Part shown: piece by piece, positions 1 to 17,045 of the stretch | Position numbering within the stretch: position 1 is the stretch's first letter | How the letters are laid out: every line of letters begins with the position of its first letter | Assembly: GCA_012295275.1 (NCBI GenBank) | Contig: CM022668.1 | Coordinates: 16,667,580-16,731,579, forward strand | Source of the DNA: Chrysomallon squamiferum | Taxonomy: Eukaryota; Animalia; Mollusca | Length of the DNA stretch: 64,000 bases | Direction: 5' to 3' | Position numbers and translations under genes: made by a program | Notes under the pieces: generated by a model | The model's input: the letters and a program-made list of their open reading frames with translations, nothing else | The model's database searches: none | Told to the model about the DNA's origin: nothing

Positions 1-68
1 AGTTTCTCTGTCACTGATACTACACTAACACAGGCGTGCGTAAAACTCCACTCGGTAGAGACAACTGA

Positions 69-648
<580 letters not shown>

Positions 649-886
649 AAGCCTCTGACAGCTCCGCGGGGTGGAATTATCGCCAGAACCCGCTGTCCGT
701 GTCACTCACAGAGGCTGTGTGATCTAATTACTCCTGTGGAATCGAATGTTGATCACATGCAACGCTCGGCCGCAAATCGCAAACAAAGGACCGCTTAAGG
801 CATTGCCATTTATATAGATATTAATAAACATGAAAATCTACGCGCTGACTTTCCTTAACTATGTTCATACAGCAGTTTAACACAAA

Positions 887-979
<93 letters not shown>

Positions 980-3379
980 GAACTAGGGATTTGTTTCCTT
1001 TACATGTTCTTCAAGTTTTATGATGTGTTGTAGTTGTTGGTGTGGATATTTCTGTTATAGCAGTAGTTGTTGTCATAGTTATTGTTGCTGTTGTTCCTGA
1101 TATTATTTTTAGGTTTAACTAAAGTTTATTAGTCTGTATTATCTTCTGATTAAATTTTTCAAGATACTTTTTATATATATATATTATGCCTGGCTTTCTA
1201 TCAAGCTAAATTAAGTTTTTATTTCATCAGAGAAATAAAATTCTATTTTTACCACAATAACTGTTACAAAATGTATTAATGTAAAAATAAAAACTACAAA
1301 GAACTACTTTTGTCTGTTTCTTTCATTTGTGTTTTCTTTATTATTATTATTATTACTGTTATTATTATTATTATTACTGTTATTATTATTATTATTATTA
1401 CCCCATTGATTTACATTTAATACCTGACAACAAACACATAGCGGACACAACGCTGAAGTGTATATTTAATTACATAGTTGAATTATTATTAAAATGGCAG
1501 TTAACGGACTTTGTTTCCACACTGTTAAAGACTGAAAAGAACAGATGTGCTAAGAGCTAATTTGTGTAAACATAATAAATTGAAATGTTGTAGTCTAGAC
1601 AGAAATCATTATTTAATATCAGTTACTGCTTTATTTTCGGCTATAACTGTGATGTAACGAACAAAAGCCACGTGGCATATTTTTTTTTTATTTGTTTCCC
1701 ATTCTTTCCCTTTAAAGTTTTGACAATGCCGCATAAAAATCTGTGTTAGAAACACCCCCGTAGATCATTAATACTCAATCAGTCAAACTGTCTACATCCA
1801 AAAAGGGTCCAAGCATGCTTGTGGTGGACATACAATCCGCGAGACGGAATTGTTACGGAACTAATGACAAGCAATCGATTTAAATTGTGGCGTATTGAAA
1901 ACCTGCTTTGTCTCAAACCGGCGCAATTGGATTTCCCAATGAGTTTCGTTAATGCATTTTATGAAAAGCGAGCCGATTTTTCTTCATAGCGGCCTCGAGC
2001 TTCTATTTTGATGATGAACTGAGGTAATGTGTGAATTAAGATGTTTTTTGTGATGGCTGTAGAGTATGTGGATTAGGTTACTGATGTAAGATTTAGACCT
2101 GACGTCATTTAGAACACAGCCAGAGTCAGCTATCGAGTATGTGTTTATTTAAGTGTTGTTGTTATTGGTTGGTACAACATTCACTTTAGAAAATTAAGGT
2201 TTAAATAAGACGCAGATATATATAACTTTGAATGAATTATTTACTGTTATTTCCACGTATTTGGATATTAAACAAATTCTATTAATTATACCAGTTAGAC
2301 GCGTCATTCGTAAACATTATAAGAAATAAAACACTACAAACATTTTTTAGTTGATTATCTCTCTTTCTGTATCTCTCTCTCTATTTCTCTATCAGTCTCT
2401 CTATCTATACCTCTCTATCTACATCTCTGACTTTCTATCTCTATATATATATCTCTAAATCTCTCTCTATCTTTGTTTACATCATCAGTGTACATCGATT
2501 TTCTAATGACCTGTATTATAACAGATATAAAACTGTGATTGTTTATGTAATAATACCTCATAAACGTGTGTGTATTAATGATGTGTAATGAAACGAGAGT
2601 TGAAACTTGCTGCTCTCTTCAAAAGGTTACTGTTATCGATTAGAACAAGTGATTTTTAACTAAACACCTTTTAATAAATCACATCGCGATCTTTTAAAAA
2701 TATATTATGTAATTATAAATGGAATAAAGTAGAATTTTAAACACATCTAGAAGCTAAATATTATTATGACAGAGCAGTTTGTAACATATAACTGTATTAG
2801 ATAAATGCAAATTATAAAAGAAATCGAAAGGTAACAAAATGTACCTGTCTGTAAAAGCTGGTGTCAGCGCAGATGTGAGCAGCTCTTTAAATTCCGAAGT
2901 AAAAATGTGATTCAACAGTCTCGGTGACAAACATCCACGAAAGACATTGCACAGAGGAAACGTTCATTGTGAGTACGTCATCCACACTGCAGTTTGACAG
3001 ACGAGTTTTTCTATTCCAGTTTTCTTATTCTCGGCAGCTAATAGATCTGCTATTTCCCACTAATGACTGCTGCAGGTTGGAGAGCAAGGAAACGACTTCT
3101 CATTCATCGTAATCTGTCCAGAAGTGGCCAAACTAATCTGACTGAAGAAGAATGAGAGAACGAAACAGGAGACCTTGTCATTCTGTGACAGTGTCACTAC
3201 TCTAACCAGCCAAATCTCACTCAGTGTTTGATCGACTCTGTGACAGGAAAGAGTTTGATGGCAAATGATTTGTGCTATAAAAATACACAGTGAGTCGTTT
3301 AAAAAAATAAAAATAAATAACGAGCTGTAAAGAAAAAGAACGTATTGAGACTGACAGGGAGAGAGACAGAGAGACAGAT

Positions 3380-3484
<105 letters not shown>

Positions 3485-3652
3485 CATGGTGAGTCGTTTC
3501 ATCTCTTTTTTTTTTTGGATAATGACTTTCGAGGAAATAAAATTAATGATTAGATGTTAAAAAAACCCACGTAAAAACATTTTAAATAAAGATTTTCATA
3601 GAATGAATTAATTCTACCTGATGATTAGATTTAGAGAAAAAAAAAATGATAC

Positions 3653-3689
<37 letters not shown>

Positions 3690-4313
3690 TGGAAACAAAT
3701 TTTAAAGAAATAAACAATCTTGAGGAAAATCCATATAGAGATATTTTCTAAAAATAAATAGGGTAAGAGTTTGTTGTAACTAAACAGAGCACTCAGGTGC
3801 AAGAAAAACTATTTCAAAACAAATTTGTTTTCTCTTATTAAGACGTAAATGTAACCTAAAAGCAGATATATATATATATATTTTTTTTAAAGGAAAATAA
3901 GGTTATCCTGATTTATTAATATTTTATAACCTTCTTGTTATTTAATCGTTTCTATGATAACGAATTGTATGAGGACCGGAGCTGCATTAATAAATTATGA
4001 GTAATATCCTCAATGAGAAGGCTGCTGAGAATAACACAAAAATCAGTTAAATGGGATGTAAAAACATAGTAACGATCAGAACGAACACTTTTCTTTCTCC
4101 CTCAAAACTTTAGTGTCTTCAGTATTACGTGCCACATTTGTATTTGTTTTATTATTTTTATTTCTATTTATTTATTTATTTTTGATACTGAGACCATCTT
4201 TGTTTCTCTTTCACAGCTTTTCATCAAAAAGGACGATATATATTAAATCGTACAGTTTCCAAGAGCTTTGATTCTGAAACAATCTTTCAAACAGTAATGC
4301 AGTAATATATCTA

Positions 4314-4351
<38 letters not shown>

Positions 4352-4381
4352 ATCTACCTACCTACCTACCTACCTACCTAC

Positions 4382-4467
<86 letters not shown>

Positions 4468-5771
4468 ATATATATATATATATATCATGTAATATCATAT
4501 GATATCCTGCAAACTAAAATAAATATTATTTTCAGACTGTTAGGTAAAGTTATTTTCTCATAAACGTACTATAACTAGAACTCTTGTTTAACTAATTTAT
4601 TTTTTAATTTATTTATTTTTTTATTTTTTTATTTTTATTTTTTTAAATTATTATTGACCTACATCCAAAACAAAAATGGTTGAAATATGTGAACGGAGGT
4701 TAGTCGAGGTGCACTGAACTGAGCTGTTTCCAGAGTTGTGTGTATCATTATTCATCTGCGTTGTGAATTCATCTTTGAATTATATTCCAGAAACATAAAC
4801 CAAACAGTTATGCTCGAGGCGTGACAGGTTTAGGGATCAAATACTGACTGTGTCCTGTAGAGTTACTTCTATCATATAAAGGTCCAAGACTGTTTTATTA
4901 AAGACCACACGCTGTCTACGAGAAGGTGTATATAAAAAATAGCTTGGTGCTCATATGTAGGTTATGACGTTGTGACAACTGACGTCATCTCCCGTATCAG
5001 TATTGTAAAACAACAGACATGTTCCTAACCATCATCCGTTAATAACATGTGCTGAAGCTGTTAAACAATTAGCGACTCGATCAATAATTATCCAAAAAAA
5101 GCACACTCTTTTCCATAACGGTCACTGTGTGTTTGTTTTTTTGGCGTGGCAGTCAGATAATGGCGGTTTGGCATCAGTGATAATAATTTCTATACTGCTC
5201 TTGACATAACGCGAACGGACGTTAATGAGAATAATAATAATAATTTTTTTTCATTTATTTAAAAGTCGTAAATAATATTGTCATTTCAAACTTAATCAGT
5301 AATGGATTAGTATTTGGTTACTTCAAAATAAAAATAAAAATCAGATAGTAATGTAATATTTAATTAAAACTTTGTCTTACGGGTTTTTTTTCTGTTATTT
5401 AACAGATCAGGTTTCTGGACAATGTCACACTGACATGAGAACTATTTATATTTCAATAGCAGCAAATGGAAGACAATGGTTAATGTAGCTATTAGCAGCA
5501 GCTAATAATACACATCACTTATTTGAATTAGTCTAAAACAAGTCACCGAGTCGAACTAATGTCGCTGTGATTTGATTTACTGAAAATGCAGAAGAAGAAG
5601 AAGAAAAAAGACATATGATATACATGCCAAAATAGCGTTTTCAAAAAAAAATGAAATGTTATTAGTTTTTATTATTACCGATGGGCTTACTGCTTTATGA
5701 CTGATGAAAGATAAGAAATGTATAAGAAGAAACAAGATCTTGACATACTGTTTGTGTGTGTATGTGTGTGT

Positions 5772-5802
<31 letters not shown>

Positions 5803-5983
5803 CAACAGTGAATGTAGGTTTTAATATTTATCAAAGGCTGCAGTTATGTGCTCGTGCATGTTTCTAGACACACACATACTGACGCAGTGTATTAGCTCGT
5901 CGTTCCAACATGCAAAGTAGTTATTTCATCTTTACTTTCACTCTAAAGTTATTATTTCCTTAATGTTCTCAGTGCAGTTTTTC

Positions 5984-6041
<58 letters not shown>

Positions 6042-6359
6042 TTTGTTTCTGTTTTTTTTTTTTTTTTTTTTAACATAATATATATCATTCTTTTGTTTCT
6101 TGTTTCGTCGTCTTCTTGTTATTATTAAAAAAATTATATTTCGTCAAAATCATCTCGTTTTTCATCTTCATCATTCTCTCTTTCCTGATCATGTCATACT
6201 CGTCCATCTGTACTTTGTTTCTTTCTTTTCTTTTTCTCTTTTTTCATCTCAGTTTTCTTTTCTTTTCATCCTGCACCTGCTCCCCATTCATTTCCTTCGT
6301 TCTTCTTCTTCTTTTTTCTTCTGTCTTCTTTCTTTTTCTCCACGCGTTTCCTCTTCTTC

Positions 6360-7160
6360 TTCTCCTTCATCTACTCTTTCTTCTTCCTCCTTCTCCTTAT
6401 TCTCCTTCATCTACGCTTCTTCCTCCTTCTCCTTATTCTCCTTCATCTACGCTTCTTCCTCCTTCTCCTTATTCTCCTTCATCTACGCTTCTTCCTCCTT
6501 CTCCTTATTCTCCTTCATCTACACTTCTTCCTCCTTCTCCTTATTCTCCTTCATCTACTTTTTTCTTCTTCTTTTCTTCCTTATTCTCCTTCATCTATTC
6601 TTTCTTTTCTTTTCTTCCTTATTCGCCTTCATCTACTCTTCTTCTTTTCTGCCTTATTCTGCTTCGTCTACTTTTCTTCTTATTTTCTTCCTTATTCTCC
6701 TTCATGTACTCTTCTTCTTCTTCTTTTCTTCCTTATTTTCCTTCATCTACTTTTCTTCCTTATTCTCCTTCATCTACTTTTCTTCTTCTTTTCTTTCTTA
6801 TTCTCCTTCATGTACTTTTCTTCTTCTTTTCTTCCTTATTCACCTTCATCTACTTTTCTTTATTTTTTCTTCCTTATTCTCCTTCATGTACTCTTCTTCT
6901 TTTCTTCCTTATTCTCCTTCATGTACCTTTCTTCTTCTTTTCTTCCTTATTCTCCTTCATGTACTTTTCTTCTTCTTTTCTTCCTTATTCTCCTTCATCT
7001 ACTCTTCTTCTTCTTTTCTTCCTTATTCTCCTTCATGTACCTTTCTTCTTCTTTTCTTCCTTATTCTCCTTCATGTACTTTTCTTCTTCTTTTCTTCCTT
7101 ATTCTCCTTCATCTACTCTTCTTCTTCTTTTCTTCCTTATTCTCCTTCATGTACTCTTCT
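6360..7160. repeat. Pyrimidine-rich minisatellite (about 36-39 bp, TCTTCCTTATTCTCCTTCATCTAC core)
   Basis: Tandem units are visible; they generate spurious F/S/L-rich ORFs in all three plus frames. Confidence 0.9.
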
Positions 7161-10100
7161 TTTTTACCTCCTATTTTTTTTAATTCTTCTTATTCATCTC
7201 CTTCTTCTTTCTCTACACCTTTCTTGCTGGACAATGTAGAGACGTACATGAGAATCGTGTCACTCTGTTGTTGTCAGTATCCAGTTTGCTGAACGTCTTC
7301 ACAATGCAAATTTAAAACACGAGTACTCTGACCTCTGGTGACAGAAAGCTTTCTGCGAAGATTAATGAGGTATTAACAATTCCTCTAACGAGTTGTAAAG
7401 TAATGAAAGAAAACTTTTACATACACGGCTGAGAATAAAAATTGCTATAAATAAGTACTGTCACGTGACTAAGGTATGATAGGAGTTTATTAGTGATTTA
7501 GCAATAAGAAATTAATAAAACTCGGAATCTTGCATTGAAATCAGAAAGCGTTTTCCTGTCACAATAAATTCATTGAAATGTATTGCTTTTTAAGTATGAG
7601 GCTCTAAATTAAACTAAAGATATAAAAATAGAGTATTGCATGATGTCGAAATTATAGCGGTGTATTTGATCTTAGGTTATTTGATTCTTATGTTTAGATT
7701 AAGTACTTTTCATTATTACTATTACTATTATTGCTGTTGTTGTTGTTGTATTTTTTGCTGTTGTTGTTGTTGCTATTATTATTTTTTTTTTTTTTCCTTC
7801 AAAAATTAGTATTCTGTTGTATCCAACACAAATAAAAGCACACAACTTCACACACTATTAAGATAATCACTATATTCCTGGGGGTTACTTCTTCTTCTTC
7901 TTTCATATATTGCTGCTGTTTTCAATTCCTCCTTTGTCACTGGTATGTTTGTCAGTTGCCGGTAACATCTGATACTGTTTTCAATTTATCCGGTAATCTG
8001 TGGTGCTGTTAAAAAGTTCAGCCGGTACAAAGTGGTGTTACGTTCAATGTATCCGTTATCCACTGTTTCTGTACCACCCATCTCTGCTCTTCGCTGAAAC
8101 CAGTGTACATATTAACTGTAACAACGACAAACCTGACGTTGTCACTAACAACAATTGTTTCTTCATTTGCACGTTGTGGCAGTGTAATGAGAAGTCGTCT
8201 GCTGGAATATGTTACAATTTGTATTCACCGAGCTCGCGCCGGTCTTTCTGGACGTCTGTAATTAATAACTAACACTCGAGATTACTCAGAACGAGGCGCC
8301 CCGCGGCACTCGCCGAACTGGCGGGATAATATGTAATTAGCAGCAGATGTAAAACAAGTCGTCTGTAATAACGAGATGAGAATAATAATACATGGAGGAA
8401 AATCACTAAAAAGAACACCTAATTGTATTAATACAGATCGGTATTTTGCGTTATTATTCGGAAAGTAGATAAAAGACATATAAAAAAAAAAAAAAAACCA
8501 CAATGACCGGGATCTTCTGTTAGATATTAATAATATTGGAAAACAGAAATAATATATATATATATATATATATGTATGTATTAAATTAATAAAATTATAT
8601 TAATATAGCTCGGGTTTTTTCGGAAACCAGAAGAACGATCATTCGTTACTGTACGGAAAATGAAAATCTATATTCGACAACAATCGGGAACCTTCGTTAA
8701 TTGATTTAGAATTTTACAGTTCATTATGTGCGAGAAAGTTATTAATACAGCTCGGCATTTTTCGTTATTATTCGGCAAGTTAACTATCTTCAAGAAGAGT
8801 TTTGCAACAATGGCAAAGCTTCGTGTCGCGTATCAATACGGCAACAACATATTTTAATAAGTACTGATGATATGACAGGCCAGAGGTAGCTAACTGTCAG
8901 GTCAAATAAACACAAATTAACAGGTATAATTGTATAGCACTTAACTTATATATATACAGTATTCGCACAACACGTTACATCATAGCAGCAGTGCTACCAG
9001 GAAATGTCGCAGTTGCCGTCATTTTAACATTTTTCTAAATCATAAAAAACAGAAACGTCAGCATTCATCTCATCATTTCCTTAAATTATTGATGTATATG
9101 TATGTATGTATGTTTTATGTGTTTGTGTGTGTGTGTGTGTGTGTCTATGTGTGTGTGTGTGTGTAAGTATGAATATGGATTCATAGAAAACCACAACTTT
9201 TTCGTTAATACCACGTTACTGTTATAATGCACTGCTCATGGACCGGCAAAATGGATTAGAACACAAAACAGATCAATGTTCACAGTAAGAAATACTGGCA
9301 GTAGCAGTGATAGTAGACGCAGTAACAGTAGTAATGGTAGTTGTAGTAATAGTACTGGTTGTAGTAATAGTAGCAGTAGTTGTTGTAATAGTGATAGCTG
9401 TAGTAGTAGCGATAGTAATGATAATAGTAGTAGTGTAGTAGTAGTAGTAGTAGTAGAAGTAGAAATAGAAATAGAAGTAGTAGTAGCTGTTATTGTAGTA
9501 ATAACAAAAGTGCTAGTTAGAGAAGGAAGAAGACTAGTGTTGTAGTAGTCACGTATGTGTGTTTGAAAGTGTATATGTGTATTTATGTGTTTATTTGTGT
9601 ATATATTTGTATGTATATATGTTGATATGGGTGTGTGTTTCTGCATGTGTATCTGTGAATGAATGTGTATGTATACTGTAATATTTACATACAATTATTT
9701 ATGTGGGTTTGGACGTCATGCTAGATGTCACATATGTAGACAATACAAGACAACGTTGATGACAGGATCTAAGTCACTGGTGAAGATGTTGACAGTAGAA
9801 ACCAGCGACGCACGACGTCAACACAAAACATATGAATGGTTAACATTCACACAGATATTGTGCATCGTTAATTTTTAATGGACGTCTTTTTAGTTAAAAT
9901 CCTTGTTCACTGAGTTTATCCTCTAGTGTTTTATATAATTCATTGTTTGCAGACGAAAACACGCAGTAAGCTGTGAGCATGTTTACTTGTTGTTGCCATG
10001 ACGGCCTTTAAGCACAACATAGTCAGCGGACTTCGGTTGTCGCCAGTTGATGAGCTAATATAGGAAATATTCTAAGAATAGTTTGAGGAATATAAATTGG

Positions 10101-11357
10101 TTTTCAAATTTGAAAGACTTTTCGAGAAAGATGTTTTCAAACTGGCTTTCTTAAATCTGAAACTAGATAAATTTTAATTTTTAATTTTATCTCTCTGATC
10201 TCTTTCCAGTCAATGTTAGTGATATGCTGGAGGATGTGACAGTATTAGGTTTGTTTGTGTGTGTGTGCGTGCGTGCGTGCGTGGAATGAGTCAGTGGATG
10301 AGTGGAAGAAAAGAAAAGAAAACGAGAGAAGGAAGGAGGAGGGAGAGAGAAGGATAGAGAGAAGGGGAAAACTCAAGAAGAGCATATTGAGGGTGTTATA
10401 ATTATATAGTTGTTCAGATTTTATGTGTATATATATCTCTACGTATGTATGAACCTGATTATATTAAAATAAATCTAATTTGTGTGCATACAAGCATCGT
10501 AAATCAATTTTATCCACCTTTTCTATTTACTCCTGTCATTATTTAATTCTTGTCATGCTGCGATCTTAAGAATTCCATTTCCAGTTTCCACTGTATTAAA
10601 ACTCTTCTTGAGAACATAGCTTCCAGGCACCATTAAAACCATTTATATCTAGCGTACAAATAGCGTTTGAAAACATGATTATGAAGATATATTAACTCGA
10701 CGTCCTTTGATATTTTTAAAAAATTTTATTCCTGTCCGTAATACGTTTGTACTTTTGTTAAGATGTGTTATTACGAGGTTAAGTGGGCTCTGCGAGCGAG
10801 GTGCAGATGGGATCAGACGGGTTCTAGTAACAAAAACACTGCTAAGCGAACACTAATTGCTGTATTGATTTTCGTAGATTTAATTTTAACTAGGACGGTT
10901 GTCAGAGCTGGAGAAATGCCAGTTGTTATCAAATCATCACTTTGTGAAGCTAATAGACACACAGCTTAAATTAGATACACTCGCGAGCTGTACATTTCAA
11001 ATGTAAATTAGTAACAGCAATACGTATTAACGAGTTTTAAGTATTGAACAGGAATCGCGCTGATGCTGTTTGTAGGCTGTTTATGTTGGGGTTTTTTTTG
11101 ATAAAAAGGGACTATTCTATATAAACAGTATAAATATTATAAAACTACACATTCAAGACTTTGATAAAACAGTCTCACGGTTCGGACAATAACGGATAAT
11201 AATAATAATAATAATAAGATGATGATGATAATGATGATGATTACTATGATGATTATGATTATTATGATGATGATTAACAAAGAGGTGAAATGGAAGAATA
11301 TTGACAGCAACTGTTTGATTAATTTTAAAATCTAAAATAATACACAGGAATGTACAG

Positions 11358-11411
<54 letters not shown>

Positions 11412-14302
11412 TTGTGTGTTTATATAGATATAGATATAGGTATATATATAAATATCTTCTGAATTATTCATGTTTGAATAATCCTTCCATTAGAGTGTCT
11501 GTTTTTACGTAGTGATTAGTGCTTAACGTGGTAAGCCACGTAAAACTTCAGTTTTGTCTCTGAAGGGATTCGATGACTGGAAATCCCTCAACTATTGTTC
11601 ACACAAGTGCACGTTATGAATAAAATATGTCACTGTAAGGTGCACAGAATTCATCAAAACCCTTTGACATTGTTAACATCCACCTCTGAAAAATGTAACA
11701 AAGCATCAAAGAGTTAAATAAATTTAATAAGACCAGATGTTAATGTCATAAGCTGTTGTCGGCGTGACTAACTGACATCACTAACGATGTCGCAATGCAT
11801 TATTAACGTATTAATGCGATGCCGCACCTCACACTTGACAGACACACAAACAGAAGCTCGGCAGGGGGTAAAAGACGGAAATAATTAGTTGACGGTTTCT
11901 GTATTTTAGTCTAATATCTTTACAAACAAATCGATAAATTAATATTATCCATTGATCCCTCTGTGAAGATCCATCACAGTGCGGAACTGCAAGTTGATGA
12001 TCAAACAACTGATTTTCAGTTTCCATTAATCCAGTTACAGTCTTGTTACATCGGTAACAGCAGCAGACAGTCAAGTTGTAGACAAAACACAGAAATAAAT
12101 AAACACTCTTATGAATGAAAACCGTGATATATGTGTCTATATGAATGTGTATGTTTGTGCATACTTATACACAAACGCACACGATTTTACATACACACAT
12201 AAATAAATCACGGAATGTATGTGTATACATATACACACACATATTACACATACTCACACATATATGTACACGCACACAGTTTCAATACATAGTTTGACAT
12301 GATTAAAGTCTTATCAACGCTTACAGTTCAGAGGTTTATACGAGATATTTTTACAAATGTACTTATTTATTTCCTTTTTTAAATTTTACACACACACACA
12401 CTCACACACACACACACAAATGCAAAGAAAACATGTATGCATACAAACGTACGCACAGACTTTCACAAGTTAAAGAAATTTTATAATGTAAGATGTAGAT
12501 ATACCAAACACTGGAATAAATATAGAAAACGTTTTTAAAATACCTGTGTTTGTGTTTGAAGAGACATCTTAATTCACATTAACATTAATTAACAGGTTTT
12601 TGCCCAAAAGCCAAAAATGAAGTGTGAACAAAAGGAGATACAAGATAGAGTATTATTACCAAATGTTTTTCTGTCTTGTACCAGTATCTGTTTGTCACCT
12701 TCATGAGTGTACGACTCTGAATATATGGGGTACAACTTATCTCCCATATTCAGGCGAAACTTTGTGCAAAGCAAGAAGAAATTACTTTTACACAAGTCAG
12801 TTTCTCGGCCTTCATTCGTCAGAATCTACAGAACAACAATGGCGCCAAGAAACAGACTTCACATCCCAATATTTTTAATAGTTCGTTAACAGTTGTAATA
12901 ATTCCTATCTTTAATGTGAATCTATTATAATATTTGAGTTTTTATATTTTCTCTATATTAATATTTATTAACGTTAATTGTAAGTTGACAAACTGCCGCG
13001 TCTTTGAGATAAAACTGGAAGGGAAAGTCGCTGACTGAAACACTGGCATCTGCTGTTATTTATAGCTCTGTATCTGGGTGTTTTACGACTGTATTAGTGA
13101 AGCGTTGTGCGTCGCTCGGGTAATCTATATATGACAAGCTCAATCAAATACCAGTATCAACGTGGTGGACGGCGTTTCCATGCATTTCGACAGGAAACGC
13201 AGCGGATAAAGGCAATCGATGTGCTCTATTGATCGAAAATCCAAGAAGCGACGCTGCAGATTTGAACATTTTTGTTAATTTGTAGTTATACTGTTTATAT
13301 AATGTGTACGTTTACTTACCCAGATGACCTAATAAATCCTCGTCTTTGTAAGTTCCAGAAATAAGGAAAAATCCAGATTTGAACAGACGTAGCGAACTGA
13401 GGTACGAATCACACGGTGTGTGTAAGTAACGTACGTCCCGTGTTCCGACACGAGCTGTCTGTGTCCGGCTCAGTGAGAACGCAATTTAACTTTCACAACA
13501 CGCCGATCGTCTGATTCGAATTCCCGTCACGTGATCGATAAAGACGTTTCACGCGAGTCGATGCCTGGCAGACGATAAAGGACAGTTTGGTGTTGTACAC
13601 GTCATACCTGGCAACACGTCGTCCTCAATACCGTCGTCGTGTTCTTCTTCTGACGCGGTCACTGGCTCGGTCTGTCAAGGAACTGGTACGATATTGTTCT
13701 TGGAAATTTCTTCTTATAGCCTTAACTCATTCACCCTTGAACAAGATGTCACAAAATGTACGTTAACTGATGAACAACCTTTGACTATAACCTTTCTGTA
13801 CATACACTTTTCTTCTAATTCTTCAACAAAACATAAAAATAAGATCTTTCGACACTGCTTTCTTCTTGCGTGTTCTACGCCACTATTTAGACTGATTACG
13901 CGTTTTTTGTTTGCTAGTCATTGTAAAATAACAAAAAGAAGATCGATATACAGCAAGCAGACGAGAAATGCCGGTTTCCCGCCATTGCAGGCCAGCGAGA
14001 TGGGGAGGCGCAATGTTTGTCTTCGTTTCAGCACCAGCAAGGACCACTCGGACACTAATGGCACCACTTTGTTTGATATCGATAGATGCTAAACGCGATT
14101 ATTTTCTTAATCAAATATGTGTCTGATAAAACACATTACAGACGGGTTAGCCGAGGATCGGTGAGTTGTGCTTTTTGTGAAATGAAAATGTTTTACAGAG
14201 AAAACTGTGTTCACAACGTTTACACACATCAGTAATCCACGTCTTTTTATAATCCCCCACAAAATGGTACATTCACATAATTATACTCTTCCGCATATAT
14301 AC

Positions 14303-14409
<107 letters not shown>

Positions 14410-14823
14410 TATAAATATACGTTTTCAGAATACTCATATTATATACTTTCTTTCTCTCAAACACACAAATTTACACACTTCCACATAAGCACATACATAC
14501 ACACACAGGCATGCATTCATATACATACAAACACACACACTTTCTTTCACCCATATACATACACACTCATATACACTTTCACACATACAAACACATATAT
14601 GCATACACATATGCACGCACACCTACAAACACACATAAATACATAGGTACATACACGCACTCAGATTCTCTGAGAAACTTGTACATACGGACAAACGTAC
14701 ACATTTTGCAGATACGAATTCACAAAGAACGACAGCAACTTGATGATAAAACGTAATGAGAAGTAACCTTTATCGGCAGTGAGAGAAAAATCGTTTCTTC
14801 AGTTTAAAGAAATGAAATTGTGG

Positions 14824-14859
<36 letters not shown>

Positions 14860-15269
14860 AGAAAAGAGATAAAAGAAATAAAAAAATCTATGAGAAGAGA
14901 GTTAAAAGGCCAATTTCCTTCACGTCGATTCTACTGCACAGACCCATTCCTAGATTCACAGCAACACGATTGTGTCTTACCGAAATTAATACTTTTCAAA
15001 ATGTCTAACAAAATTCATAAAAGATGCATAAAAAGTAAGAAATGAAGATTTCGAAAATCTTCTTTCTTTATAATCCTATTACTTGTGAAATGTCTTAACT
15101 GTGACAGGATAAACGATAACCCAAGTGTTATAAGATCGATCCTCTACGATGTCATTTCCTGTTCTGACTATAAAATAGCAAGTGGATTTGTTTGTTTCTA
15201 TCATTTTGTTATTGCTGTTGATTATGATGATGATGATGATAATGATGATATTATTATTATTTACAATAT

Positions 15270-15336
15270 CGCAGAACTGTGTATTTTCTGGACCGGTTCT
15301 TCCCCTATTAGTTCGTGAAATCGAAGGTGAGCAGTA
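15270..15336. mobile_element. Tc1/pogo-type MITE terminus remnant
   Basis: GGACCGGTTCTTCCCCTATTAGTTCGTGAAATCGAAGGT is shared with 21280-21342 (GGACCGATTCTCCCCCCTTAGTCCGTGAAATCGAGGGT); the family assignment is inferred. Confidence 0.45.
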
Positions 15337-16199
15337 CAATTATATCACACCGCAATTGCAGCGATAGTAGTAACTGAGCAACAGAAGCATCAGAAGGAGA
15401 AATAGTAACATGTTTGTAAATTACAATATTAATATGTGACGTGAATCACAATATTAATATGTGACGTAAATCACAATATTAATATATGACGTAAAACGGA
15501 ATATTAATATATGACGTAAATCACATACGTAATTTCTACGTAAACTCCTAGAAATTACGGCTCGTGCTATTCCAGGTGGACGTGACTATTTCAATTCTGA
15601 AGACAGCGGCGTCTTTCACCTCTGTCAGCTTTCAGATAAGTGTGTCAGTGACGACTACAATATTACTTTCTGCGGCAGCAACTGTTCGCCTTCATGTATG
15701 TTTAATTCTTTATTTTCCCCACGGTGCGCTTATAACGCAATTTATGGGAGCTGCCCTGGACGGCGGAAATTGGCTTAAATTTCTTGATTCTGGGTTTTCG
15801 GGAACAGAAGCTAATTAGATGAAGACTGGATGCATTAGTTTAGAGAAAATATTTTTCTGATGTTTATTGCTAATACACTTTGTAATAATATTAATGTTTT
15901 CTTTGTTAAGTTATAGTTACGTAGTATTATTAAAAATAAGAACGTGAAAAGAAGTTAGTTAATTATTACACATAATTCTGATTCAGTTAAAGAATTCTCT
16001 ACTAGAAATATATTATCATTTAAACGACGAATGCTGAACTGGACTGGAAGTGACGGTTTAGATAACGAATGCTGATCTAAATGAACGAATACTAAATTAG
16101 TTACTGAATGCTGATCATTTAGATAGTGATTCAGTTATTATTTATTATCTAGATGGTGAATGTTAATACAAATATCAGTGCTGAATTAACTAGTTAACT

Positions 16200-17045
16200 A
16201 TATCCTAGATAGTAAATGCTGATATAGATAGTGAATGCTGATTTAACTTGTTAACGATGATATAGACAATAAATGCTGCTATAGAGTTGAATATAGACAG
16301 TGAATGCTGATATAGATAGTGAATGCTGTTATAAATAGTGAATGTTGTTATTGATAATGAATGTTGATATAGATAGTGAATGTTGTGATAGATACTAAAT
16401 GCTAGCATGATATAGATAGTGAATATTGATGTAGATAGTATATACTGATACTGATAGTGAATATTGATATAGACAGTATATGCTGATATAGATAGTGAAT
16501 ATTGACATAGTATATACTGATATAGATAGTGAATATTGACATAGTATATACTGATATAGATAGTGAATATTAATATAGATAGTATATACTGATATAGATA
16601 GTGAATATTAATATAGATAGTATATGCTGATATAGATAGTGAATATTGATATAGACAGTATATGCTGATATAGATACTGAATATTGATATAGATAGTGAC
16701 TATTGATATAGATAGTGAATATTGATATAGATAGTGTATGCTGATATAAATAGTGAATATTGGCATAGATAGTGTATACTGATATAGATAGTGAATATTG
16801 ACATAGATAGTATATACTGATATAGATACTGAATATTGACATAGATAGTATATGCTGATATAGATAGTGAATATTGATACAGATAGTATATGCTGATATA
16901 GATTGTGAATATTGATATAGATAGTGACTATTGATATAGATAGTATATGCTGATATAGATAGTGAATACTGTTATAGGTAGTGAATGTTGTTATAGATAG
17001 TGAATGTTGTTGCAGATAGTGAATGCTGATATTGACAGTGAATGA
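16200..17045. repeat. Minisatellite of about 20 bp (GATATAGATAGTGAATATT / GATATAGATAGTATATGCT)
   Basis: Alternating unit variants in tandem. Confidence 0.9.

Noticed and set aside
6100-7292. Three overlapping long F/S/L-rich ORFs
   Set aside because: Stop-poor pyrimidine minisatellite, open in all plus frames.
12589-12889. Cluster of short ORFs with coding-like composition
   Set aside because: No recognisable motif and no consistent exon frame.
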